This document shows positions 46,709 through 59,981 of a DNA stretch of 64,000 nt, one piece after another. The number at the start of each line of letters is the position of its first letter. Positions within the stretch are counted from its first letter, which is position 1. The DNA comes from Amoebidium appalachense (Eukaryota > Protista > Ichthyosporea): positions 6,026,889 through 6,090,888 of the forward strand of contig CAVNZM010000012.1 of the NCBI GenBank assembly GCA_963693365.1, read 5' to 3'. The translations under genes and the position numbers were made by a program. A model generated the notes under the pieces. That model saw only the letters and a program-made list of their open reading frames with translations. It had not been told where the DNA came from and ran no database searches.

Positions 46709-47147
46709 GAGGGCCCAACCACATCGGCTGTCAACTTGCTCCGAGCAGAACTACTAAGCAAAAGGCAGAGTTATTCTGCTAAAAGCAGAATCATTCTGCT
46801 AAAAGCAGAGGTATTTAGCAAAAGCAGAATTATTCTGCAAAAGCAGAATTTTCCACTGATTTTAAAGCAGATTTATTCTGAAAAACAGCAGAATCCCTCT
46901 GCTTTACATTTTAGCAGAATAAACATTCAGTTGTCGAAAGCAAAACAATTCTGCTAAAAGCAGAGTGTTTCTGTTTTTGCAATATAATTCTTCTCAAAGC
47001 AGAATAATTCTGCTTTTGCGGAATAATTCTGATTTTCACCACAGAAATAATTCTGCTTGTAGCAGAATAATTCTGCCTTTTGCGGAACAATTCTGCTTTT
47101 TGCAGAAAGTTTTTGCAAGTTGACTCTGCCGATGTGGTTGGGCCCTC
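46709..47147. mobile_element. MITE/foldback-like non-autonomous element, copy 2
   Basis: TIRs GAGGGCCCAACCACATCGGC / GCCGATGTGGTTGGGCCCTC and the same AAGCAGAATTATTCTGC subrepeats as 12264-12738. Confidence 0.85.
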
Positions 47148-47453
47148 CCACATGCACCCACAACAATAACCTGTATACTTGGCACCCACACCACTACCAC
47201 CAATTTTTAAACCTGATCTGTGCACTTGTACATGCATGTGTGCTCCCTCGTATGCATGCTCTCTACTGCTCTTGGAGCACATCATATATACTGACTGAGA
47301 ATGCATATATCGTACCTGCTACAGCTGTGATCGTTGAACTTCCCGTGACTCTCCGACTTACTGCTGAAAGAAAAATGCCACTGGAATCAAGACCCGGGCA
47401 CGTTGTGTCCGCACATGTCTGTGTAAGCAACGTGGCGAGTGCTCTTGTGTGTG

Positions 47454-47495
<42 letters not shown>

Positions 47496-47622
47496 GGTGG
47501 CACTGTGACATGTGCGTGAACGTTTGTGTGTGCACGGTGTACATGTGTGTGTGTGTGTGACTAAATTTTTTTTAGTGCGACGGTGACATGACGCACGCGT
47601 GCGCAGGGCCAAGTGCGTGTGT

Positions 47623-47667
<45 letters not shown>

Positions 47668-47715
47668 GGGGGGGGGGGGGGCAAGACCACTGTTGTGTTT
47701 TACGCGTACGTACGT

Positions 47716-47760
<45 letters not shown>

Positions 47761-48515
47761 GGGGGGGGAGGGGGGGGGGGGGGGGAAGGGGCCAGGGTTC
47801 ATGGGGAATCCGACGGAGGGGGGGGGGGGGGGGGGGGGGGAGGGTCACACCCCATTGCAGTTAGCACACGGGATCAGTTTCTCCGTCCCGTTACGCCGTA
47901 AAGAACCAGCGCATGCAATGTGATTAACAAAAGCGAGGACATTTCACATTGAAGGTCGTATCATTCTCTCCACTTGGGAACATGTTACAAAGCAACGGAT
48001 GATGGTTGCATCCACAGAAAATAATTTTTCTAAACGAGTTTATGCAGACTGGCGGGTGCGGTGTAGTACCCAGGGTTCGGAACCACCAACATATTAAGTA
48101 GTTTAATTCGTACTAAGAACATTGCGAAACCCGGAAGCAACAGAAAATAGACATCGTCTAAAAACAAAACAACTTGAATCAATATTTGAATGTCGGAAGG
48201 AAACCCTACCCGTACACCTAAGAGTTATGTGGCCTTACCCCAGTCCAAAGCGGTTTATATAGGCCTAGAGATCTTGAACAGAAAAAAGAAACCATTTAAA
48301 ACCTAAAAATATATAATCGAAACAGCTTGTGTATGGTATAAGCTACAACGAAATCCCAAGGAAAAATCCTTATAACATGCTGTCACTCTAACCATGCGCT
48401 TTTACAACACAACCGGGACCGGCCACCAATCTAAGCAACCCAGTAAACACCACATAGGCCTAGCTGAAGGCATACCGTCGAACCTAGCTATATCCATGCA
48501 AGGTCAATACAGCGC

Positions 48516-48669
48516 CAATAACCATAAATTGTTGCTACAGGATGTGTCAACAACCATAAAAGGTTATTCGGGGTGCGTCAATACCAGTTAAAGCTATTAT
48601 AGAATGTGTCAATAGCCATATAAGGTTGATACAGAAGTGCCAACAGCCATATAAGGCTATTACATGATG
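48516..48669. repeat. Degenerate 31-32 nt tandem repeat x5 overlapping the deacetylase stop codon and 3' UTR
   Basis: Approximate consensus CAAyArCCATAwAAGGyTrwTACAGrATGTGT. The rightmost unit includes the stop codon (TTA on plus, 48660-48662). Confidence 0.7.
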
Positions 48670-48799
48670 CTGGTGGCACGCTTGAGGCGTAGGGCCTGCT
48701 TATCGTCGAAGTAGCCCACAATGCCGATGACATTCAGCCGCAGTGAACGATGCTTGTAGCCAAGCTGCCCGTCAATGAACGTGGCAAGCACTGTGCGTG

Positions 48800-48854
<55 letters not shown>

Positions 48855-50419
48855 AGAGAGGGGCGTGGAGGGTTGGTAGTTGGGTGAGGGCGGGGCGGGG
48901 AAGGAGGGGGCGCTGGGATTTGGGGGTAAATCAGGTGGGGAGGTAGGAGAGTCGAGAGGTTAGAAGGGTGTCATTATTCCCCCAGGTACCAAGAAAACCG
49001 AGATGGAGGGTGGCAAGCATAAGAGGCTCACGTGGGCAGACAGGTGTGTGTGTGGAAAAAAGTGTGTGCGTGCTTGTGTGTGTGTGCGCGCGCGTGTGTG
49101 CGTGTGCGCGCGCGCATGTGTGTGTGTGTGTATGAACGTGACCGTACACCCCCATGAATGTTCGCACACATACAGATCCACTAGCACCTGCACATGTACA
49201 ACTTTCTTTCTTTCTTTCTTTCTTTTTTTTTTTTTTTTTTTTTTTTGGGGGGGGGGGGGGGGGTTAGAAGTAGCAAAAGTTGCGGGAGGGGGCCGACAAC
49301 ATGCACGACGGACAACACAACAGAGAATGTGCAAAAAAAAGCACACACAAAAAGCATGCCGCATAAGTTTGGGGCGGGCCTTAGAGTGCGATACAGAGAA
49401 TGAAGTAAACGTTCATGATGTACAACGTAATGAAGATCGCAAAGCACACATCAAGTGTATGCATCATTGCAAATCACACATCAAGTGTATGCATCATTGC
49501 AAAGCACACATCAAGTGTATGCATCATTGCAAAGCACACATCAAGTGTATGCATCATTGCAAAGCACACATCAAGTGTATGCATCATTGCAAAGCACACA
49601 TCAAGTGTATGCATCATAAGCAGGGCCCATCTTCAGAAAGACAGACTCATTCTCAGAGAGAAAGACCGAGAGGGAGAGGGGGGCGGGGGAGGGGGGAGGG
49701 GGGCAGGGGGGTGGGGGGATGGAGGGAGAGGCAGAGAGAACGAGGGGAAGAGGGAGGGAGGGAGGGGGGGGGGGGGGGGACAGAGAGAACGAGGGGGAGA
49801 CGGAGGAAGAGAGAGAGGGGGAGAGCAGGGGTGGGGTGGGGGGGTGGAGGGGTTGTTTGTTACATACCGTCCAGATCGTCGTTAAGAATCACAAAGTCCG
49901 CATCTGCACCAGGGCTCAGGTGGCCCTTTTTGTTCTGGATGCCCAGCGCTGTGGCTGGGCGAAGACTGGCACACTCAAGCACCTAAACAGAGAGAGAGTC
50001 ATAATGTCAGGGTAGTGTTGGGAGCAGAGGTTGGAGATGGTTCGTGAGGGGTTGCGTTTGGTGTCGAGGGAGGGAGGGAGGGAGGGAGGGAGAGGGGGGA
50101 GAGGGGGGGGGGGGGGGGAGGGGGGGACGAGTAGGAAAAGAACACGACATCCATAGTTTGTATGTTTGCGCGCGCGCGTGCGCATGTGAGTGTGTGTGTG
50201 TGTGGTAGCGGAGGTGGTGGTGGTGGTGGCGGTGGTGGTGGTGGTGATTGAGAGGGGGGAGGGGGGGGGGGGGATATTGTGAGGGCGATAAACAAATGCA
50301 CAAAGGCAGGCATTAAACGCGAAAACATGAGCTACCATCAAGCAATGTTTTCCTTTCTAAGGACTGCCCCCCCCCCCCATCCCCATCCCCCCTCTCCCCA
50401 CCCCCAACACACACACACC

Positions 50420-50469
<50 letters not shown>

Positions 50470-50674
50470 CCGAGTTGTGTGCAAGCGTGTCTGTACATTT
50501 GTGTGTGCGCGCGCTCGCATTTTTTTTTTGTTTTTTTTTTTCCGGGGGGGGGGGGGGGGGTTGCAACATCAGCGCCGGGCAGATGCCAGTCAGGATAACC
50601 CACCGGAAGTCAATGCATGCAGAGGTGCCTGAAAACCAAAAAAAAGGGAACCCAAAACAAGGGAAGAGTTCATG

Positions 50675-50710
<36 letters not shown>

Positions 50711-51002
50711 CGACAGTGCTGCACCCCGTGAAATGGCGGAAGTTCTTGACGCAGGTGACCATGTCCACACACGCACCAGCCAGGGTGTCTGTGCCTGCAA
50801 TGGTGGCCTTTAGCCCCACCACGTCCACATCCATATCCCCCAACTTGTGTCTTCCTTCGGGTAGGCCCATGGCGGCCATGGCATCAGTGACGAGCATCAG
50901 ACCGTCTGGGTGTGCCTGGGGGGTTGATGAACGTGAGCAAGGGAACTAGGAGGGTTTCCCCCCCTCCTTTCTGTTCTATCTTTCTTTCTTTTTTTATTTT
51001 GT

Positions 51003-51033
<31 letters not shown>

Positions 51034-51487
51034 GGGTTTGAATGCGTCAAAAAGTACGAAGTACACAAGAACAAACGGATAACACGATGCAGAATGCAAG
51101 CCATACATAAAGAGTATGCATAATAAGCAGAGCCCATCCTCAGGGGGGGCCCACGTCATCCACAGTACCCGAGTTTCGACCTATTCCCCTCGTTAACGAA
51201 ACCCAACTCAGATACTGTTTCACTTGAACATGAGTAGGTCACCCGTCTTGATCAGAGACGAGCAGGGTTGCTGGTGGGGGGGGGGGGGGGGGGGGATGTA
51301 AAGTCCGGTAAATTGGGTGAAACAGAAGGCATTTTTTAGGTGGATGGGGCAGGGGGCTATGTTGTGGATCTGATGAGAGTGGTCGTCTTTTTTTTTTTTG
51401 GGGGGGGGGGAGGGGGGGGGGGGGGAGGCGGAGAAGCTTAGGTGGGCGGAGGAGGGAGGGGAAGAGAGCGAGAGCAAGAGAGCGAGC

Positions 51488-51528
<41 letters not shown>

Positions 51529-51892
51529 GGGGGGGGGGGGAGGGAGAGAAGGGGGGGGATCGACAGCGAGAGAGAGAGATAGAGAGAGGGAGGGAGGGAG
51601 GGCGGCAGGGCGGGGTGGGGAGGAGGGGGATGCATAGCAGGGGTGTATGGCAGAAGGAGGGATGTGTATGTGGAAAGGGGGCTGGGGCTGTTGGTGTCTG
51701 TGAGCACTGCTGGGCTGGTGCACATGCAGCAATCTACCCATTACCCGTGTACTGTCACGAACATGTGTGCATGGTTAGAGGTGCCCCTGGATGCCCATGT
51801 ACGAAATTCGGGTTTTATGGGGCTTGCATGCAACTGTGTGCCGTGTTTGCGCCTGTCCTTATCAATCCCCCCCCCCTCCCCCCCCCCCCCCC

Positions 51893-51925
<33 letters not shown>

Positions 51926-51999
51926 GTCCCCGCCACACACACCCAACCCTACCCTTCATGCACACACACTTGGTCTCCTTGCAGCTTAAATGTATTCCT

Positions 52000-52038
<39 letters not shown>

Positions 52039-52105
52039 CCGCTCCCCTCCCCCCAATATATATATATATATACATATATACATATATACATAGTATATAT
52101 ACATA

Positions 52106-52159
<54 letters not shown>

Positions 52160-52204
52160 CCCAAAAGCATCTCCTTTCAATCCGTCTCCTTCCTCATCTC
52201 CCCC

Positions 52205-52235
<31 letters not shown>

Positions 52236-53075
52236 TTCCCCCCCCTCTCCTTTTCCTACACACACACACAGCACCACAACCACCAAATCTATGCACAGGA
52301 AGTGTAACCACCGCTCACCGTCTTACCCACCCCCCATGGCACATATTTATCGGGCTACCACGATTATACATGCACGCCCATGCTCACCTTGACCACTCCC
52401 CCCACCCCCTACCCCCACCCTTCCCATCTTCCCCCATAAACCTGAGTTCAACTCGATTTTGCCTGAAGTTACACATACCTTGTAAGCAATACGAATAGAC
52501 GTGGGGTGGGTATGGATGCCATCGGAGATGATGCCGTAGTGAGGGCGGAAGTTCAGGTCACCAAGCAGCCCAATCACACCGGGGTCGCGGTGATGGAAAG
52601 GCGCCATGGCGTTGAACATGTGCGTGACCATGGTAGCGCCCGCGCTAACACCGAGGCTAGCCTCATCATACGTGGCCGATGTATGACCGATGGACGCAAC
52701 AATGCCCCTCTCCCTCAATCCCTTGATGGCATCCAAAGCACCAGGGAGTTCTGGTGCCAATGTTACGATGGAGGCGTTGTCCAGAAGGCCGTAGCGGTCT
52801 TCGAGAGACTTCATTCCCTCGTTGGGCGTGGTCACTGCGTTCGGGTCGTGCGCACCTTTCTGTTGGTGGAGTAAAGAGGAGGAGGGAGGGGGGGGGGGGG
52901 GGGAGAGGGGGAAAGTGAGGAAGGGGGGGGGGGGGGGGGGGGGGGGGGGGGGCGACAGGGTGTGAAAGATCGAAACGGGTTAGAGCTAATAAGGAGGAGA
53001 GCGCGGACGAGAGGGTGAGAAATTGAGGTTGGGGGTTGCGGGAGATGCCAGTGCACCAAGTGAGCACAAGTATGG

Positions 53076-53109
<34 letters not shown>

Positions 53110-53873
53110 ATGAGTGTCTGTGTGTGAACGTGTTGACAGATGCCGTGTGGTGCCTTCAACGTCACACTCGATGGCTCCTGAGTTGTGCTTGGCCACAGGG
53201 AACCTCACTGCCTTTCAGCTGACCAGTGGGCATGAAGACATACCAACGAGGAAAGGAGAAGGAAAACGTTGGCGAAAACTGAACACAGTAGTACGCAAAC
53301 GAGTTAGGCAGGGACATGTCGGTATTCGATTCCAATGCCGCACACAGCAAACAACGAAAAACGAACATCTTGAACCAAAAAAAAAGGAACACGTGAGAGC
53401 AAACGAGGAAGAGAAAAACACACACCTTTGCCATGCTGATAAAGGGCCCCTCCAGATGGTAGCCAAGCACAGTGGCACCCAGCTCCGGGCTGCCAGCATA
53501 GCGCTTGAACCTGGGCAGGGTGGTGTGGTATTTCTTCGCTGGGGAGGTCACCAATGTGGGGCAGAACGACGTCACACCATGTTGCATAATCCCACGCCCC
53601 CACCTCTTGAACCTGCTCCAAGGTGCAGTTTATGTCGCTGAAATCAATGCCAAACGCACCGTTCAGCTGGACTTCGATGAAACCTGGAGCGATGATGTGA
53701 CCATTTCCATCGATGGTTTGGTAGTCGACGTGTGTCAGCTCTGTGCGAGAGGGGGCGTCGATGACTTTCCCATCTTGAATCCAGAGGTCCCCCCAGTCGA
53801 GAGAGTGGTTGCGCAGAACACGAACATTGGTGAAGCGCGTGGTGGTGGTGGGTGTCTCGATGGTGACGACCAT
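48660..53873 (-). CDS. AMDHD2: N-acetylglucosamine-6-phosphate deacetylase (NagA/AMDHD2), with an apparent +1 frameshift in exon 1
   Basis: Exons 53873-53426, 52859-52479, 50915-50709, 49982-49868 and 48790-48660, all GT-AG. Motifs [73 protein letters not shown] and GADADFV are present. One extra G in a 5-G run at about 53597-53601 separates the two exon-1 ORFs. Confidence 0.95.
49439..49617. repeat. 30-nt tandem repeat x6 (GCAAAGCACACATCAAGTGTATGCATCATT) inside a truncated repeat C copy (about 49380-49637)
   Basis: Near-perfect units followed by AAGCAGGGCCCATCTTCAG, which is homologous to AAGCAGAGCCCATCCTCAG of repeat C. Confidence 0.9.
51037..51272 (-). mobile_element. Intronic dispersed repeat C, young copy in deacetylase intron 2
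   Basis: Near-identical to 42993-43228 and in the same orientation. Confidence 0.8.
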
Positions 53874-54231
53874 TTTCGTTTTTTCTTCCGTGCTAGTGTT
53901 TTACCTATGTGTTGAGCGGGTAGACGTGGTAGAATGCGTCTTTGGAGCTGATTAGTTTTTTTTTTTTTCTTTTTTTCTTTTTTCGCAGTAACCTAATTAG
54001 GTGTGGTGTTCGCTTTCGCAGTGAATGGAGTTTTGTGTGTTTTGGATCTGTGTCACATAAAGAAGTACTCATTCCTCCCTGCTCAGAGCGGATACAAACA
54101 TTACTGACCTGTATGTCAAGTGTTTAACTTAACAGTTATAAAAATATAAAGTTAATCTCTTAGTGGTCAAAAGATGTTTGTTTAGATGAACCGCCAGTTT
54201 GCTTCTCGCCGTCTTTCAACCTACAATGATC

Positions 54232-54306
54232 AACCAATAGTATCTTTGTATTTGGATCTAGCCAATAGATAGCCACGTGCCTGGCAGCTCCTTACTTCCT
54301 ATTGGC
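54232..54306. promoter_or_regulatory. CCAAT-box cluster upstream of the deacetylase gene
   Basis: ACCAATAG, GCCAATAG and CTATTGGC plus a CACGTG E-box within 75 bp, about 360-430 bp upstream of the ATG. Confidence 0.45.
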
Positions 54307-54895
54307 TAAAGAAGGAATTTGTAGTGTTTTGCTCACTTTTTTGAACACGGGTTTGGCCGCGCACCAGCAACCGCAATGCCTGTAAACAGCTACGTACATA
54401 CACTGGGCGGGCAAAAAAAAACAAAAACAAAAACGGGGTGAGAGAAGGATGAGTCAGAGAATTGCATTCGCAAAGTGCAAAGACATGAGGTTTTTCTTTT
54501 ATATTCAACTGTGCGCGTGCCATGATGTGTCAACTAAGCGTGTGATTACAATGCTTCCAATGAAGAAGAACATCACAGCTTTCATGTCTCTTGGTCTTTC
54601 AGCACTCAAGATGCATTACGCCAACTCGAGTTCGCAGTTTCTTATAACCACCCCTCGGAAAAGTCGTATAGGTAAAGGCATCATTATGAAGCAGTGTATT
54701 GGGCAGGAGATATTAATAGTAAAACAAATGCAGGCACGATTGCTTACTTGATGGGAACCCTACCCCCCGGCCTTCTCCCCTCCCATTCTCCCCACCATTT
54801 TCCCGCTGTCTCCACTGGACATCCTTAGGCTCCAAACACGACACACACTGTTTCAAACCCTCGACCCCCCCCCCTCCCCCCCCCCCCCCCCCTCT

Positions 54896-54936
<41 letters not shown>

Positions 54937-55315
54937 TTACCCACCTACCCTCAATACCAGCTCCCTCCCACACACACATGTACGTACACGCCAAAAATAA
55001 AGAAAAGAAAAGGGCGGAACGACAAATACAAGAAGCCTTACGCATGCCACCTTTCAGTTTCGGTGTCCGTTTTGTACAAAGTCGTCACCGATGCACATGT
55101 GTATACATTCAACTTCGCCTCCTGGTTCCGTTGAACCCCCCCCCTCCCCCCCCCCCTCTTCACCACCAACCAACCACCACCTCCCCCCCCCTCCCCCCCC
55201 CCCCCCCCTCCTTTCCTCCCCTACACATCCACACACTCACCCATCCATGATGGCAGCCGACCCCGCCGGACCCCTCCCCCTCCCTCTCTCATACATGTCT
55301 GGAAATCCCCCCCCT

Positions 55316-55346
<31 letters not shown>

Positions 55347-55929
55347 CCCCCCTCCCCCCACCCCGCCCTGATCCTTTTCCCTACAACATCACGACGACGC
55401 CACGGTACCCACCCATATTCAGACCCTCAACACCTTTCTCAGCTCAACATAGACAAGCACTCTTCAGTCCTGCTAATGCATCTAGTTTCAAAAACTATTT
55501 GTTGCCTCCCCTCCCCCCCTCCCCGGGCCCCCCTCTCCCCCCCCCCCCTCCCCTCCCCTTCCCCCCAACCCCCCCCCCAACCCCCCCCCCCAACCCCCCC
55601 CCCCTTGTCCCCCCCCCCCCCCCCCCCTTTCCCCCCCATGGGCCATCCGCCGTGCGCACGCCCCCATCCGCCCCATTCAAACATGTGAACCCACAGAAAA
55701 CTTGGTGCATTTACAGCATGTTGTTGGCGACAGCAACCCGCACAAAAAGTGGCACAACCACATGCTATCAGTAGGATCCGCGGTGTTTTAAGCGATATTT
55801 GTTGACCATGATTGTCTTCAAAAATGCGTTATCAGATTTACGGACTTATGTTCTTACAAAATATCATAGTACATAGTGTTCAACTTATTGAGATGAATTT
55901 TTCAATTGTCACTTCAGTATGTTCATCAT

Positions 55930-55977
<48 letters not shown>

Positions 55978-56164
55978 AAGGGGGGAAAGGAAAAGGGGGG
56001 TTTTAATGCCGAAATGACGAATGACGACGTCGTCGAAGGTGAATGCATACAGGCCCCTCCCCTTCCAGCTATATAACCCACTTTCTCTCTCCGTCCGCCT
56101 TCCTCCCCAGTGCCACGAGAAAGTCCACCTCGAGCTCTGACCCTCAGTGCCAAAATCGTTTATA

Positions 56165-56203
<39 letters not shown>

Positions 56204-56872
56204 CCCAACCCCCCCCCCCCCCCTGCCCCTCTTCCTCTCCCCCCTCCGAGGCCCCAGTCTTCCCCCCTCCTCCCCACGGCATAACCACACACATACACAC
56301 TCCTTATGTTATGCATGCCCATGCGTACGTGCGCGTCGCGCACACACACACAAACACACACGCACACCTGAAAGTTCCCTTGCGGGCATCCTCCCAATGA
56401 CCCTGAGCGCTCACGATATTTATTCAACTTCAAATAGTAGGCCCGGGGGGACGCCAGTTCAAGTAACTGTTAACGGTACTCGGAGTGTTAATAATAATAA
56501 AAACACTGCCCGACAAACACTGAGTGAGTGATGTGTATGCGCTACTAAGGGTGTGCAATCCATTGAAAACACAGGTCAAGACGATCTAATTATAATGATT
56601 CGTCCACGTATTGTGTAGGGCAGTTGTTTCCAGCTCCGACTTGCAAGCCCGTCGCATAATTGAACTGTTCATGATTAGTGTGAACAGTTGACGCAGGTAT
56701 ACAAATTGCGTATGCGGGAGGAGGGGTGGGTAGGTGGATGGGTGGGTGGTGTTGGTGGTGGTGGGAGGGGGGGGGGGGGGGGAGGAGGAGGGAAGGGTTA
56801 AAGGGGGTTTGCCGGAACCAGAGGGCCGGGTCATGGGAAGATAGAATGGGGGGGAAGGGGGGGGGGTAACCC

Positions 56873-56924
<52 letters not shown>

Positions 56925-57091
56925 TGGAGGGGGGGGGGAGGGGGGGAGGGCCCGGGGGCAGGCCGGGGGGAGGGGGGGGGGGGGGAGAGGAGGGGGGGGG
57001 GGGGAGGGGGGGGAGAGGGTGGGGGGGGGGGGGAGGGGGCTGGGTTTAGTAGCAATTAGTGGCTGGCAGATGCCCATCCGGACCAACAACC

Positions 57092-57125
<34 letters not shown>

Positions 57126-57357
57126 CCCCTCCGCCCCCTCCCCCCCTCCCCCCCACTCCGCCCCCGGTGTCCCACCGTACCCCGCCCAACCCAATCCCAT
57201 CCCCCTTATTCCGTGTCGTGTCACGGTTACCCCTCCACTGCCCCGGCACCCCTCAATTCTTAAAAGATCATGTATACTGCATGCGAGGAGATTCAAAGCC
57301 ACATGGCCTTTGGCAATGCAAGATTTGGTCATCATTGAATGTTTACAGCACACTTGC

Positions 57358-57397
<40 letters not shown>

Positions 57398-57415
57398 ACC
57401 TGGACGGGAGGAGGA

Positions 57416-57448
<33 letters not shown>

Positions 57449-58762
57449 GAGGGGGAGGGGAGGGGGGAGAAGGAGCGGGGGAAGGGGGTGGGGAGGGATA
57501 CATGAAATCTTTTTTGCCGTGACCTCAAATTGGCGTCAGAAAAGAAGTGACTGCCATGATAAAATGTGCAACATTTTATGTTGGTACCAGTGTTATTGTT
57601 ACCGATTATGTCGTCGAATCCGCCGCTGGCGCACGTGCCACCGAGTGCAATGATTGGTTTTACTTGTACGTGTAGAGGGGGTTGCTTTCTTTGAGCAGAT
57701 TTAAAATAGGTAATAGCAATTTGGGTTTCGGATCGGATATCGTTCTGCCATGTCTGCTTGCCGGGCACAGTGTGTAAAGTCCGTATAAAGGTCTCCTGGG
57801 ACCGTTACCCATCCTAGATCTGAATACTATAGTACGTTAAATAATAAAGGTTTAAAGGCATAGGAAAAGTTACCCAAAAAGAGAAAGTGCGTTATCCGAT
57901 TTGGCAGCTTTCTAGACCATTCACCCTAGATGGTTAGGGGGAGAACCCTGTTTTTTCTGTTAAGTCCATTTTTGTCAGCTTACAAACCCACTTCAAATTG
58001 TACTGCATATGCTCTAAATTTTGCACACTATTATTTTTGATATAAGGTATCCATTATGTAATTTTTTCGGCTGTATTGGGGCCTACAAAGAAGACTTTTA
58101 ACATCTGTACTTTCCCTGAAGCCAGCCGCGTACGTGTAATGAGGCCGTCGCCAGTGTGAAAATCTACAAAGTATGGCGCGACAATAAAATGGTTTAAAAT
58201 TTTTAACAATTCAGATATCGCCAACTGCAGAAACAGGCACAGACGGCGTCCGGGAGCAGCAGGAACACATCCCATGGAACAGACGGAGCACGGCTCTCTG
58301 TGTTCAGAGGGTTATGGACACGGTGAGACTGTGGCAGGCGTCCTTGTCACATCACATCGTCCTCCGCCCAACGTTTGCATACTTTTAGAGAAGACTTTGA
58401 AGTCGGCATAATATTTTCGAAGGTGCATTTACATCGCTGATGAGATTTAACTTGTTCAAACTTTCGTGAATTTCAGGCTTAGTCAAATTTTCTAACATTT
58501 TATCAAGCGAGCATTAGAACAACCCGACAGACAACACTACTTGTTAAGCCGCTTCCTCTGCGTCAGAGCCTGCTGTCACGGTAAGCGAACGCTGTATTTC
58601 TACAGGCCATACATATACACATACATACACACGCACACACCCACGCATGCACTCAAACACCCACGCACCCAAGCATGCACTCCATCACCCACGCACTCAC
58701 GCACGCGCACAGGCATGCACGCACTCACTGTCTCGCACATACACACACTCTTGCACACACAC

Positions 58763-58801
<39 letters not shown>

Positions 58802-58802
58802 G

Positions 58803-58861
<59 letters not shown>

Positions 58862-59096
58862 CACGAGACACGGGCACGTGCGCGAGCTTACTTTTAAGTG
58901 CACTCTACCATTAAGGCTTCCCCCACCACTCCCCCCCCCCCCCCCCCCCCACCACCACCACCCTGTCCCCTACCATTGTGTCTCCAACTTTCAACTTTAT
59001 ACTCCAACCCTTCACCCTGCACCCTTGGCCATTCTACCGCCTCCCCCTCCCCCCCCCCCTCTCCGCCCTGCTCTCTTCCTCTCTCTCCCTTCTTCT

Positions 59097-59166
<70 letters not shown>

Positions 59167-59461
59167 GTGAGTCTCTCTCTCTCACTCTCTCTCTCATTCC
59201 TTTTACTCCAACCCCCCCCCCCCCCCCCTCTATCCCCCCCCCTCCCTGCCACCCTCTTCCTCTCCCTCTCCCTCTCACCCTCCCTCTCTCCCCTCCTTCC
59301 CTCCTTTCTCCCTCTCGTTCCCTCCCCCCACTCCTCCCATCCCGCCCCACCCTCTCTCCCACCCGCTCTCCCTCTCCCGGCTCACACCTCATCTCCCTTT
59401 TTCCACCCCCCCCCCCCCCCCCCCCTCTCCCTCCTTGCTCTCTACATACCCCCTCTCTCTG

Positions 59462-59536
59462 TGGTGCGGAGGTGCGGAGGTGTGGTGGTGTGGTGCGGAG
59501 GTGGTGTGGTGCGGAGGTGCGGAGGTGCGGAGGTGT
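59462..59536. repeat. GGTGCGGA minisatellite
   Basis: Several GGTGCGGA units interspersed with GGTGT/GGT, with further units near 59655-59700. Confidence 0.8.
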
Positions 59537-59737
59537 GGGATACTACCATTCATTTTTTTTATTTTTTTTTTTTGGGGGGGGGGGGGGGGAGGGGGGGGGG
59601 GGGGGGTCAGGGGTGGGGGAAGGAGAGATGGGTGGGGAGGTGCATAGTTGGAGTTGCGGAGGTGCGGAAGTGAGGAGTTGAGGAGGGGCGGAGGTGCAGG
59701 ATGTCATGGGATATCTTTTTTTTTTTTTTCCGGACTA

Positions 59738-59981
59738 CAAGGGTTCCTCGCGTATTAGTACACCATATTATTTATACATTCGCGGCATATTGATACATGT
59801 ACACTTCCAACCCTGCACGATAGTATAGGGTGACATATAGATTTCTCCCTAATAAGTTTACTCTATGTAAAAACATACGCGCGACACCATAAAGGGCAAT
59901 TTACTAATTAAACTGTCGCGTTTGCGTATTAATACACTTTTGGCCAAAAACGGGGGTGTATTAATACGCGAGGGACCCCTG
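59738..59981. mobile_element. Tc1/mariner-type MITE (244 bp, TA target duplication)
   Basis: TA|CAAGGGTTCCTCGCGTATTAGTACACC ... GGTGTATTAATACGCGAGGGACCCCTG|TA: a 27-bp TIR with 3 mismatches, TA on both sides and an AT-rich non-coding interior. Confidence 0.85.

Noticed and set aside
49439-49617. 30-nt repeats as a CRISPR array or a [10 protein letters not shown] coding repeat
   Set aside because: The units are contiguous with no spacers, intronic, and derived from element C; no cas genes are present.
51120-51240. Hammerhead, HDV-like ribozyme or SECIS in element C (CTGAGGA, CGAAAC and ATGA motifs on minus)
   Set aside because: Motif order and stems do not fit the hammerhead core; there is no HDV P3/L3 UCCnCG loop and no SECIS apical AA or GA quartet.
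54449-55774. ORFs 54449-54751 and 55091-55774 as a gene divergent from the deacetylase
   Set aside because: No recognisable domain or coherent exon chain, and the second ORF is largely poly-C. A divergent gene cannot be excluded.
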